Source: Verrucomicrobiota bacterium
GTDB taxonomy: Bacteria; Verrucomicrobiota; Verrucomicrobiia; Opitutales; Seribacteraceae
Direction of reading: 5' to 3'
NCBI GenBank assembly: GCA_027622665.1
Contig: JAQBYT010000040.1
Span: 1 to 34,662, forward strand
Length of the DNA: 34,662 bases
Below the pieces are notes generated by a model. That model saw only the letters and a list, made by a program, of their open reading frames with translations, did not search any database and was not told the origin of the DNA. The translations under genes were made by a program, and so were the position numbers. Positions 26,573 through 34,662 of the stretch are shown here, one piece after another; position 1 is the stretch's first letter, and the number at the start of each line of letters is the position of its first letter.

Positions 26573-27847
26573 TCAAAGACCGCGTCGAATCTTTGATCCT
26601 GGAAAATTAATGCGTACCCTGTAGACCTTCTTTACGCGATTGATGATCTCGTAGGTTTCTCGATCCATCCGTATCGGCACCTCCATCCTCCTTATATCGA
26701 CCACGGCAGTGAAACCCCGCTCTGTGAAAACGTCGATGAGCATGGCAATTGAAAGTGGATTCTCAAAGACGGGATCTTCCGAGTTGATGTAGGCCAAGCC
26801 GGAAATCGAATGCTTCTCCACAATGGGGATGAACTTGGTCTTGATCAGCTCCACCACCTGCTCGAACAAGGCCGTGTGAAGTTTTTCGTAAGAATCGAGC
26901 CTATTCACCAGCAATTGCCTGGCGTGAAGGGAAATCTTATCGGCGAGTGGTATGGTCGAGATGCGATCGTAAGTGCCCTCGTCGAGCTCGAGCGAGCTTT
27001 GGTACTTCAACTCGTGAATGATCCGCTGCTGAACCTCGATGACCGTGCCCTGGGCATTGATGAAGTGATAGTGGAAAACCTCGCGCAGAGTCCGCAATGA
27101 ATCGTAAGTGGCTTCCTTGAAGGTCTTGTAACGATTGTGGGCAGCCTCCTCAACAAGGTCAGTCTTGCGTACGGGAATTTGTTTGCCGACACCGGAAGCG
27201 TCGACCTCATGGTTGTACTCTAGAGCTCTTTCACCTCGAGCCAGTTGCCGTCTCACGCTTTCGGCCTCGTCGACGAATAGCATAATGATGTGGAAGCGAG
27301 GTTTGGGGAACTGCGATTCCTTATCAGTCCCCAAGTACTTTCTTCGAAGTTCGTTCAAGCGTTGGTAGAGAAGCTTGAGGCATTCCACTTGAGTTTTGGT
27401 ACGGGGAAATCCATCGACAATGGCACCGGTATCATAAATGGGATCCAGCAGACGGCGAAAAACAAGTTCGGTAACCTCGCGATCGCCGGCAAGCATACCC
27501 GCATCCATCATCTTGCGAGCCTCCGGGCTGCTCAACAGATCGCTGACCACGATTGGCTTTTCCGTGAAGTCGCGAAACTGCATGATAAAAGCCGTTTGCG
27601 TTCCCTTGCCGGCGCCCGGCGCGCCGTTGAGCCAGAAAGTTTCGGCGGGAAACCGCATGTTGTCGCCATCCAGTTCCGATTCCAAGTTTTGCCAGACAGC
27701 CTGAAAGATGAGCTGGGCATCCTTAACTTCAAGATCCATCACCGCCTTCTCGTTGCCCTCGGAAACATCCGAACTTTTGCTCGCAGGGTTAGTCGGTTTA
27801 GGGCTGGGCTTAGCTTGCCCTTCTTCGCTGGTTTTACTTGTCGGCAT
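26573..27847 (-). CDS. Adenylate kinase-family NMP kinase with long N- and C-terminal extensions
   Basis: [10 protein letters not shown]-loop and IVDGFPRT; 424 aa versus about 210 aa for a typical Adk. Confidence 0.82.
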   Translation of the reverse strand: MPTSKTSEEGQAKPSPKPTNPASKSSDVSEGNEKAVMDLEVKDAQLIFQAVWQNLESELDGDNMRFPAETFWLNGAPGAGKGTQTAFIMQFRDFTEKPIVVSDLLSSPEARKMMDAGMLAGDREVTELVFRRLLDPIYDTGAIVDGFPRTKTQVECLKLLYQRLNELRRKYLGTDKESQFPKPRFHIIMLFVDEAESVRRQLARGERALEYNHEVDASGVGKQIPVRKTDLVEEAAHNRYKTFKEATYDSLRTLREVFHYHFINAQGTVIEVQQRIIHELKYQSSLELDEGTYDRISTIPLADKISLHARQLLVNRLDSYEKLHTALFEQVVELIKTKFIPIVEKHSISGLAYINSEDPVFENPLSIAMLIDVFTERGFTAVVDIRRMEVPIRMDRETYEIINRVKKVYRVRINFPGSKIRRGL

Positions 27848-27938
27848 CTTTTGTTGAAATAGAGAAAAAAAGACCGCTTACGTAAAAGAGCAAGCCGTTA
27901 CGCAAAAAATGCGATATTATGAATGTTCGGGCAATAGT

Positions 27939-28841
27939 CTAGAAGGAGATTCCCATTCCAAGCTCGAAAGCATTTCCCCGAGCAATCCCTAGACCGGAGA
28001 GGCTTTCGTAGACCGATCCTTTCCACTCCCCGCGAATCATAATACTGTCCTTGTACCAAACGAGTACGGGGCCTGTCTGCAGACTCTTGCCCTCGTATGC
28101 TCCCGTACGGGCATCGCCAACTTCCTGCCGGCGAGCGGTCACGTCCCACATGAGGAATGCGCCCGTCATACTGTCGTTGTCGTGGTAAAGCTTCATCCCC
28201 ACGTTGACGTCCAATCCCAGTTCATCGCCTTCCTGAAAGCCTCCCACCCCTTTACGATTCTCCCAATAGAACAAATCGTAGAGGTGATAGAAGTGCAGAT
28301 TAGGAAAAGAATCGAACAAGTAACCTTCTCCGGAATAGGACAGGCCCAAGCCGAAATCCCAACTCCCGTCGCTCAGGGCATAATCATCTCCGGTCGAACC
28401 CGTAGGCATGCGGACTTGTGGAGTAAAACCGAAGTTATGTGTGTATCCATCGAAATTGGAGTACTTCTTTAGGGGTGCCGCGAGGACAAGATCGCCCCAC
28501 CCGTTCGATTGCTGTCGGGCAGGAGTTCCGCCGGAAAGGATCGTTCGAGACTTGTCGACATAGGGCATCTTGAAAGTGACTCGTGCCGATCGATCAAAGG
28601 TGTACACCCCCTCTAGCCAAGTTTGACGAACGTATCGCTCGAGACTATCCGGATTGGAGAGTTCCGTAGAACCATCGAGGTAGTCGTCCGAACCAGACCA
28701 AACCTGTCTAACCTGCAAGCCCCAACCGCCCGACCAACGGGGAGCCATGTCCATGATGGGCTGATGAGCTCGAACGGTAAGCACGGCAAGGCTCGAGCCA
28801 AAGACGACAAGACGTAAAAACCTATTCATCGTGTTGTTCAT
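27939..28841 (-). CDS. Outer-membrane beta-barrel transporter (MetA/phenol-degradation-like family)
   Basis: Signal peptide, mature N-terminus HQPIMDM, GWGDL and MPTG motifs, amphipathic strands, C-terminal ...GMGISF. Confidence 0.7.
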   Translation of the reverse strand: MNNTMNRFLRLVVFGSSLAVLTVRAHQPIMDMAPRWSGGWGLQVRQVWSGSDDYLDGSTELSNPDSLERYVRQTWLEGVYTFDRSARVTFKMPYVDKSRTILSGGTPARQQSNGWGDLVLAAPLKKYSNFDGYTHNFGFTPQVRMPTGSTGDDYALSDGSWDFGLGLSYSGEGYLFDSFPNLHFYHLYDLFYWENRKGVGGFQEGDELGLDVNVGMKLYHDNDSMTGAFLMWDVTARRQEVGDARTGAYEGKSLQTGPVLVWYKDSIMIRGEWKGSVYESLSGLGIARGNAFELGMGISF

Positions 28842-29243
28842 CTACTTCTTTGCTCCGGGCAAGTGGATGACGATTTTGCCACCCGACAAGGATTGCCCCT
28901 CGGTGACATCGTAACCTGCATTCACCACGGCGGCGAACAAATCATTCCAAACGGGGGTCTTTCCGGATTTGAGTGACACGACGAAATATCCGTTCTTTTC
29001 GTCTACCCTTACTCCCTTCTGCGGTTTTTTCGAGTCCACGAAGTTAAGCTTGGAGACGTTTTTACGAATTCCTTGAGCGCAGAAAGAGCAGACGAGCCCC
29101 TTCACCTTGAGCCCGACCTCATCCTGCTCGAGAGCAAGTGCTTCCTTTGTTTCGGACTTTGCCTTAGCGGCGGCTAAACCATCAACGAACAAAGAAGTTG
29201 AAGTGAAGATGAGAGCGATGAGAATGTTTCTGAAATATTTCAT
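28842..29243 (-). CDS. Exported heavy-metal-associated (HMA) domain protein
   Basis: Signal peptide from ATG 29243 (MKYFRNILIALIF), VKGLVCSFC CxxC loop, AV.NAGY; stop abuts the barrel start. Confidence 0.82.
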   Translation of the reverse strand: MKYFRNILIALIFTSTSLFVDGLAAAKAKSETKEALALEQDEVGLKVKGLVCSFCAQGIRKNVSKLNFVDSKKPQKGVRVDEKNGYFVVSLKSGKTPVWNDLFAAVVNAGYDVTEGQSLSGGKIVIHLPGAKK

Positions 29244-29339
29244 ATAAGTAAGGTTTAAGTTGTTGCAGAAATACGGGAAATGCCCGTTGGGGCAAGATGC
29301 CGTAATGATATCGAACAACCGGTCAAAGCCGGCCCAACC

Positions 29340-29723
29340 TCAAATAAGAAAAGTTTGGAAGACGATTCGGGGTGGAATCGAAAAAAGTGGCAAGCCGGAT
29401 GGTGGCGTTGCCACAGAGAAGAGCCTTGGAAAAACCGTTTCAAGGCTCAAAATGGACGTAAGTATGCTCGAGCCAAGAAAACATTGAGGAGATGGTAAAA
29501 ACGACAGATCGGACTTTGCCCTAGCTATGTTGAACGTCTTGCACGCGCAGTCATCGGAAGAGTCTTCAGGGACATCATCCATTTCGCTGCCGGAGCAACA
29601 GGAAGGTGGCGTCGCGTCCGGCAACACGAATGGCTGCAACCAGTCGCCGAAACAGCAACAGATGGGACAAACGATGATGAAAGCCAGAGATATGGAATAA
29701 AGCTTTTTGCTCAGAATGAACAT
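29340..29723 (-). CDS. Cys-rich exported small protein with a Pro-rich C-terminus (CutF/CruR-like leader candidate)
   Basis: Hydrophobic N-terminus with CPICCC, then SCCS, DCAC and a C-terminal TPPSGLPLFSIPPRIVFQTFLI; first gene of the metal operon. Confidence 0.65.
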   Translation of the reverse strand: MFILSKKLYSISLAFIIVCPICCCFGDWLQPFVLPDATPPSCCSGSEMDDVPEDSSDDCACKTFNIARAKSDLSFLPSPQCFLGSSILTSILSLETVFPRLFSVATPPSGLPLFSIPPRIVFQTFLI

Positions 29724-29760
29724 TGGTTATAATATAAAGTCACCGACCAATGGAAGTCAA
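29721..29760 (-). promoter_or_regulatory. Promoter predicting a leaderless transcript, overlapped by an inverted repeat
   Basis: TTGACT (29760-29755), 18 nt, TATATT (29736-29731), then 7 nt to ATG 29723; inverted repeat CATTGGT (29721-29727) / ACCAATG (29746-29752). Confidence 0.55.
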
Positions 29761-29805
29761 GCACTGCAAAGAGAAGACTGGACGTTTAGTAGCAATGCTC
29801 CTGAC

Positions 29806-30600
29806 TCAAGGAGTGTTCTCGCGGGTATTTCTCAAGATTGCCGGGAGAGGTTTAAGCTCAAAGGTTTCAGGGGTACGGGAATCACCAACGCGAGCACGGT
29901 AACGCTTAGTCACGAGGGGAATTTGCTCCAAAGTAACCTTTGCAAGTTCAGTATCGAGTGAAACGTCGCGGGGGAATTCGTGTATGAGTGCCGCAGTGGA
30001 GATCAGTGTTTCCAGATTCAAGTGCACTAGGTCACCAAACCCGCGAGCGTATGGCTTGACGAATCGAAGTTCGCCCGGACGCAGTTCTGTGAACGTCTCT
30101 TTGTCGGGCAACCGAAGCTTAAAGAATCCGGTTAGACCAATTACCTTCATTCCCCCACTGGTTTGTATCTCGGCTAAAATACTACCCCGCCCGCGACATT
30201 CGACCACCACTTCAGGAGCAGAAATCAGAAATGGATTAGCTCGAAGAACTTTCTTGTCCCTTTGATCCAAGAGGCAGGCTCCGGACCATAAGAAAAGGGA
30301 ATCGGCCCGTAAGCCGAAGGTCGCATCCTCCATGAAGCGAAGCGAGCGATAATCGTTTCGTAAAACCAGCCTTGCCCCGTCACGGCAAAAAACTCGAGCC
30401 TGCTCCGGCAAAGCACTTCCTTTTTGGATCGACTGCGACGGTCCGTCTTCAGGTGTTCGCAAGGTGATTATCCCCTCGACGAATTCGACCGAGGGCGAAG
30501 AGTTCAACCCTTTTTGCCCTTCCGAATCTTTCGCATGTAATCCAGAAACCGCGAGAACGCTGAACAGAAGAGCTTTCGAATGGGTGCGGACGTTAATCAA
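29806..30600 (-). CDS. Exported FecR-like beta-domain protein
   Basis: Signal-like start, then VEFVEG...KGSALP...DGARLVL...LWSGACL...ISAPEVVVECRG...GGMKVIGLTG...LRPGE follows the FecR periplasmic strand pattern; probable TTG 30600 overlaps the upstream TGA. Confidence 0.6.
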   Translation of the reverse strand: MINVRTHSKALLFSVLAVSGLHAKDSEGQKGLNSSPSVEFVEGIITLRTPEDGPSQSIQKGSALPEQARVFCRDGARLVLRNDYRSLRFMEDATFGLRADSLFLWSGACLLDQRDKKVLRANPFLISAPEVVVECRGRGSILAEIQTSGGMKVIGLTGFFKLRLPDKETFTELRPGELRFVKPYARGFGDLVHLNLETLISTAALIHEFPRDVSLDTELAKVTLEQIPLVTKRYRARVGDSRTPETFELKPLPAILRNTRENTP

Positions 30601-31733
30601 AAGGACAAGGAGACACCCAAGCCCAGCCCAGCATCCCAATTATTGTATTCGGCGTAATCAACAAGCAGAGACTTTGCCTTTTCGTTGGCAGTTTTGTCTT
30701 GGTAGTTGGTGAAGGATCTCAGGTATAGCCAAGGCATAATTCGGTAAACGGCAGCAAGTTCAACATGCATCAAGTAATCAATTCTTCCAGTCGAAGTCGG
30801 TTTGGTGTAAACGGTTCGCGTTATGGAAGCGCTGGGAGTCAGGTAGAATCGCCCTCCTGAATCGAGTGGTTGCGTAAGCGAGAGATTAAGCGCTGTGCGG
30901 AGGTTGTCACCCGCATCATCGAAAACTCCCGGCACCTCGTATGGTTGATACATTTCCGTAAGGGCATATTCCGCAACGATATCAAGCTCAAAAATCCCTC
31001 CGCCGAAAACGGAATAGTCGCGGCCGAATGAAAAGGAAGACACGCCTGCATGGTAAAGTGTCTCATGACTACGAAAATCAACAAGCTCGTCATACTTAAC
31101 AGAAAGGTCAATTTTCCAGTCGGACGTCAATCGACCCTTTGCTCCAAGACCGATGGAACGGAATTCATAGTCAAGATTACGCAATGAATCATCAGTAGAA
31201 TCGGAGGAATCAATCTCGTATTGACCAAAATAAGAACGTTGTCCAAGAGCAGTGATAGACGCAGAAAAAGTTTCGAAGAAAAGCAAGTCTTGACTGGTGG
31301 GGAATTCAAGTCGCCCGACGGTTGTGTATTCAGTCACGGCGGCACTCTCTTCAATATTACTCACTCGCGTTATGTTACTTGAACGATAGGATCTAACATC
31401 GACCTGCAACACCGAACGAAACCTCTCCGCCTCTTCGGCGAGGAGTTTGCCTGAGAGCGAACGATCCAACTCCACTACTTCCTGCACCCCTGCTGGGGAT
31501 GATTTGGTTTTCGTGTCTTCGTTAGATGCATTTTGTTCATCATCATTCAAGATACTTCCAGTTAACTCGGAAGCACTCTTTAACGGTAGATCGGGAGTGC
31601 CAAGACCAATTGCGCAACCAGAGAGTAAGATCGCCACAACCAAGGCCGCCCAAGAGAAAACTTTTGAGAGAGGAGAGGAGTAATCCCCACGACCAACTTT
31701 AAGGAAGTTTGGAAATCTTAATATTTGTTCCAT
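30597..31733 (-). CDS. Outer-membrane beta-barrel protein with lipobox
   Basis: AILLSG-C lipobox, alternating amphipathic strands, C-terminal beta-signal GLGLGVSLSF; start uncertain (ATG 31733 or 31781). Confidence 0.72.
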   Translation of the reverse strand: MEQILRFPNFLKVGRGDYSSPLSKVFSWAALVVAILLSGCAIGLGTPDLPLKSASELTGSILNDDEQNASNEDTKTKSSPAGVQEVVELDRSLSGKLLAEEAERFRSVLQVDVRSYRSSNITRVSNIEESAAVTEYTTVGRLEFPTSQDLLFFETFSASITALGQRSYFGQYEIDSSDSTDDSLRNLDYEFRSIGLGAKGRLTSDWKIDLSVKYDELVDFRSHETLYHAGVSSFSFGRDYSVFGGGIFELDIVAEYALTEMYQPYEVPGVFDDAGDNLRTALNLSLTQPLDSGGRFYLTPSASITRTVYTKPTSTGRIDYLMHVELAAVYRIMPWLYLRSFTNYQDKTANEKAKSLLVDYAEYNNWDAGLGLGVSLSF

Positions 31734-32982
31734 GAAGATCGAAGGAGGAGCGGTCTTGAAGAAGGTTAGCTTTTCCGCCATAGCTTATATTACGTAAAAA
31801 GTTTACTCTTCCGTAAGCCCTGTTGGCAGAGCCGAAAGTGGGGTACTTCCCGTCCCCCCCCCCTTTCATCGTATGCAAATCAACGATGGAAGAGGACGGA
31901 AAGTCGACATTACTCAGATCGATGGTAGTGGCTCGCATTTGAATTTCTCGCAGACCGGCGGAGAAACGAGCGGAATCCAAAGACAGATCCATCAGCGCCT
32001 CAAGACGTACTAAGTCGGTCGCAGTAAAATCTACGTTGACTAGGGTGAGGTCGCTGAGACTTCGCAAATAAAGTTTGCTTCCGGCGGCGAAGGCAGCATC
32101 GGAAACACTCCAATCCGAGCGAGAGACAACAACCAAGTCGGCTAGAGCTGCATCGAGTTTTAACTTTGAACCGGCAGCAGCGGAAACATAGTTTCCTCCA
32201 ATCAAAACTACTCGCGAAGCCGATCCTGAAAAAGAGACCTCACCCGAATAGCTCAAATCTGAAGTAGCCCCCAAAAGAAAAGCGTTCTCACTTGCCACCT
32301 CATACGTACCTTCGGTTAGTGAAAGGTTGCGACCAACGACAGATGAATAGGAAACCAAAGGAAATGAGTCGGTCGCCGTGGATAGATGGTCCCAGACTGA
32401 AGTGACATCGAGAGCCAAATCATTTGCATCCAATTCGCTCTGCTCGAAACGAGCGGAAGCAGGGAAAACGCCGAAGAGCATGTGATTGGTGAGTAGAGAA
32501 ATGTCTCGGTTCAATATTTCTTCCGAAAACCCGGAAGGCGGATTCGAATCTGGCAAAAGGCCCTCCACTCGACTTAATTTGTCGAGATCCTCCAATGTGC
32601 CGCTATCTCGTTTTACATCAAATGCTTTGCCCGCAACATCCGGCACCGCAAAAGAAATAGAGGGAGGCGAAGTTGGCGCCGAAGGAGAAGTGCCGGCAGG
32701 TGCCGCATTCTCCCCACCGGAAGGACTCTGGTCGGATTCGACGGGAGTAGAGTTAGTTGAATCGTCCGTTGGCTCATTATCGCCCGAAGCTTCATCGCCG
32801 GAATCCGATTCGGATTCATCAGACTTTTCCTTTTTAGAATCGGTTGATTCAGCAGTGGGTTTCTTATTCGATTCAGGATCCTGAGCAAAGGAGGAAAAGG
32901 CTAGACTTAGAACAGCAATCAGAAAAAAGATGCAGGGACTTCCGTATCGTTTTTTCCATTTAATAATCAAATCATTACTCAT
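31699..32982 (-). CDS. Secreted protein with an acidic Ser/Pro-rich linker and a beta-solenoid-like C-terminal domain
   Basis: Signal peptide ending ...SSFAQ, about 80 aa of D/E/S/P low complexity, then repeated short strands (DLTLVNVDF, DLSLDSARF, IDLSNVDF). Confidence 0.75.
   Translation of the reverse strand: MSNDLIIKWKKRYGSPCIFFLIAVLSLAFSSFAQDPESNKKPTAESTDSKKEKSDESESDSGDEASGDNEPTDDSTNSTPVESDQSPSGGENAAPAGTSPSAPTSPPSISFAVPDVAGKAFDVKRDSGTLEDLDKLSRVEGLLPDSNPPSGFSEEILNRDISLLTNHMLFGVFPASARFEQSELDANDLALDVTSVWDHLSTATDSFPLVSYSSVVGRNLSLTEGTYEVASENAFLLGATSDLSYSGEVSFSGSASRVVLIGGNYVSAAAGSKLKLDAALADLVVVSRSDWSVSDAAFAAGSKLYLRSLSDLTLVNVDFTATDLVRLEALMDLSLDSARFSAGLREIQMRATTIDLSNVDFPSSSIVDLHTMKGGGDGKYPTFGSANRAYGRVNFLRNISYGGKANLLQDRSSFDLHGTNIKISKLP
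31854..31863 (-). repeat. G10 homopolymer within a CDS (in frame)
   Basis: Plus strand C10; encodes the GGG of K-GGG-D in the 31699-32982 gene. Confidence 0.9.
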
Positions 32983-32993
32983 TTTCGTAAAGC

Positions 32994-34662
32994 CTATGGT
33001 GAGGTAACAAGAGAATAGCTAATCCAGTTGGACTGAGAATAATCGAAGAACACTGAAACGTTTCCTGTCGTTTGCTTCCATAGCAACCAGTTGGACAGTT
33101 TACTGGAATAAAAGTAAGGGAAAGAGACATTCGAGACCCATGTCCACCCGAGGTCCTGCTGCCATAACCACAAGTTTTCGGGGCTGTCTCCATAAACAAA
33201 AAGCCAACCGAAATCAGCATGATAAATCCAATTCCTGCCCGTAGCATAAAAATCCCCAAACCATTCGGAACTCCACCATCCCGATGTTTTATCAATAGCA
33301 TTAACAAGGGAGCCAAAGGATTCGTGCTTTGCCGTAACGAAGCGACGCTGAGGGCCATACCGAGAACCTTCGGAGTTGATGGCATATGAACGGAAGTAGT
33401 AAATGCTTCCTGGACTAAGTCCCTCGGCAGTGAAGTCAAAAGCGCCGGTTCCGGATCCAGCCGGCAAATCTGCCGCACCTATATCACCAGGGAAAGGATC
33501 AGGTGTACTTCCCAGAACGAATCCCCTTACGGAAACCCCTTGCGGATCTTCACCGAAATCCTCGACCATACCATGAAGAGTCGCGGAAATCGCAGTGACA
33601 TCCGTTGGAACGGAAGTATTCACACTCGGCAGAAAAACATCTGACAAAACGATTGAGAAAGTCTGGTCTATCGCTTCGCCAATGGCATTGGATAACCGAA
33701 CCGAGATTTGAGGATTCGAATGGGCCTCGTAGTTTAATGGCTCTTTACTTTTCAATGTTCCGTTTGCCTCGAGAGAAAAAAGAGCGTTGGATAAAATTGA
33801 ACCATTTGCTTCCGCCGCCAACGAAAAGGTAAGATCGGTGATTCCAATAACTTCGCTTGAAGCAAAGGTTCCAACAATGGTGCCAACGGAACAATTTTCA
33901 TATAAGAGGCCAATTTGACGAAACTCAAATGATGAAGGGAGATCGCTAACTTCAAGCAAGGTGATATCGATTCTGACCTCCGCATTTAAATTCCCATCGC
34001 TCACTTGGACAGAGAAACTGTCTTTTCCCGAATAATTCAGATTCGGTTCATAAGTAAAGAGAGAAGGCTTCTCACCTTGACCGCTAACGCCAGCGAGACC
34101 ATGGGAAGGGAGTTTGGACAAACTCCATGTCAATGTATCCCCATTCAAGTCCGTTGCCGACAATTTGGGAGGAGACCAAGAAATGGGCAATCCGTTCTCG
34201 CTCATCACAACTATCAAGGACCCTCCCTGTTCGATACTCGGCGGGATGTTGTCATTCGTAACGATTACATTAACGGTAATGGAATCGGATAAGTTCCCAT
34301 CAGTGACCGAAAGAACGAAACTGTCTTCACCCTCAAAACTCGTAAAAGGTTCGTATCCGAGTCCAGAAGAGAGGGAGAGGTCTCCCGTTAGATCGGCGAC
34401 GCCATGAGATGGTTGCGTCAAGATCTTCCAAGACAACTCGTCGCCATCTTCGTCGAAAGCAGATAATTTAGGTGCAGTCCAAGAAAAAGGAGATCCATCT
34501 TCACTCATATAAACAGTGACTGTCTCACCTTGAGCGATGGCAGGCGGAGCGTTCACGGGAACGACGGTCACCTGAACTATAATGGAATCGCTGGCAGTGC
34601 CATCGCTCACTTTAACCCAAAAGCTGTCAACTCCGAACCAAGAGGCAATCGGAGTATAGGAA
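32994..34662 (-). CDS. Large surface protein/adhesin, C-terminal part (Ig-like ~100-aa repeats, cadherin, FN3-like and Trp-rich terminal domain); partial, runs off the right edge
   Basis: Repeated N.PP.I.QG...MSE.G.P.SW..PKLSA.D.DGD.L.W...PSHG...Y.P...F.G.DSF...V.DG; cadherin LNYE motif; YYFRSYAINSEG; GWWSSEWFG...WIYH..FGWL tail. The frame stays open to the window end (SYTPIASWFGVDSFWVK). Confidence 0.88.
   Translation of the reverse strand, partial: SYTPIASWFGVDSFWVKVSDGTASDSIIVQVTVVPVNAPPAIAQGETVTVYMSEDGSPFSWTAPKLSAFDEDGDELSWKILTQPSHGVADLTGDLSLSSGLGYEPFTSFEGEDSFVLSVTDGNLSDSITVNVIVTNDNIPPSIEQGGSLIVVMSENGLPISWSPPKLSATDLNGDTLTWSLSKLPSHGLAGVSGQGEKPSLFTYEPNLNYSGKDSFSVQVSDGNLNAEVRIDITLLEVSDLPSSFEFRQIGLLYENCSVGTIVGTFASSEVIGITDLTFSLAAEANGSILSNALFSLEANGTLKSKEPLNYEAHSNPQISVRLSNAIGEAIDQTFSIVLSDVFLPSVNTSVPTDVTAISATLHGMVEDFGEDPQGVSVRGFVLGSTPDPFPGDIGAADLPAGSGTGAFDFTAEGLSPGSIYYFRSYAINSEGSRYGPQRRFVTAKHESFGSLVNAIDKTSGWWSSEWFGDFYATGRNWIYHADFGWLFVYGDSPENLWLWQQDLGWTWVSNVSFPYFYSSKLSNWLLWKQTTGNVSVFFDYSQSNWISYSLVTSP

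Noticed and set aside
14233..27862. Long antisense ORFs (e.g. 14233-14982, 17227-17910, 18364-19248, 25837-26556, 27290-27862)
   Set aside because: Shadows of well-supported genes on the opposite strand, with no motifs of their own.

Overview
Bacterial chromosomal window, most likely from a Verrucomicrobiota (Opitutales-like) genome; this is inferred from PVC-type families (DUF1501, DUF1549/DUF1553 cytochrome c, a Trp-rich C-terminal surface domain). Layout: (1) 1-11,280 is an accessory patchwork containing a ribbon-helix-helix gene, a TPR gene, an AT-rich stand-alone PD-(D/E)XK nuclease, a frameshifted excisionase remnant missing from the ORF track, two 5'-truncated TPR cassettes joined back-to-back to opposite-strand gene fragments, a GC-rich beta-propeller gene, a cupredoxin-PA14 fusion, small Zn-ribbon/lipoprotein genes and pseudogenes. 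(2) 11,282-22,535 is an IclR-controlled divergent locus: iclR-DUF1549/1553 cytochrome-DUF1501-ribose-type ABC transporter on the minus strand, and an atypical AroE paralogue plus a lipoprotein DUF4432 epimerase on the plus strand. (3) 22,540-23,450 is a slippage-prone spacer with an A8 frameshift and a (GGAA)8 tract in front of a start-less membrane-protein frame. (4) 23,480-27,847 is a housekeeping operon (adk-like, M29 aminopeptidase, add, rluD). (5) 27,939-29,760 is a putative metal-uptake operon led by a leaderless Cys/Pro-rich ORF resembling cis-acting copper-sensing leaders. (6) 29,806-34,662 is a tightly coupled adhesin / secreted protein / beta-barrel / FecR-like operon containing a G10 tract. 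The best candidates for undescribed systems are (2), (5), (6) and the TPR cassette mosaic. No rRNA, tRNA, CRISPR array or intact integrase/transposase was seen. All family calls come from motif recognition by eye, without database searches.
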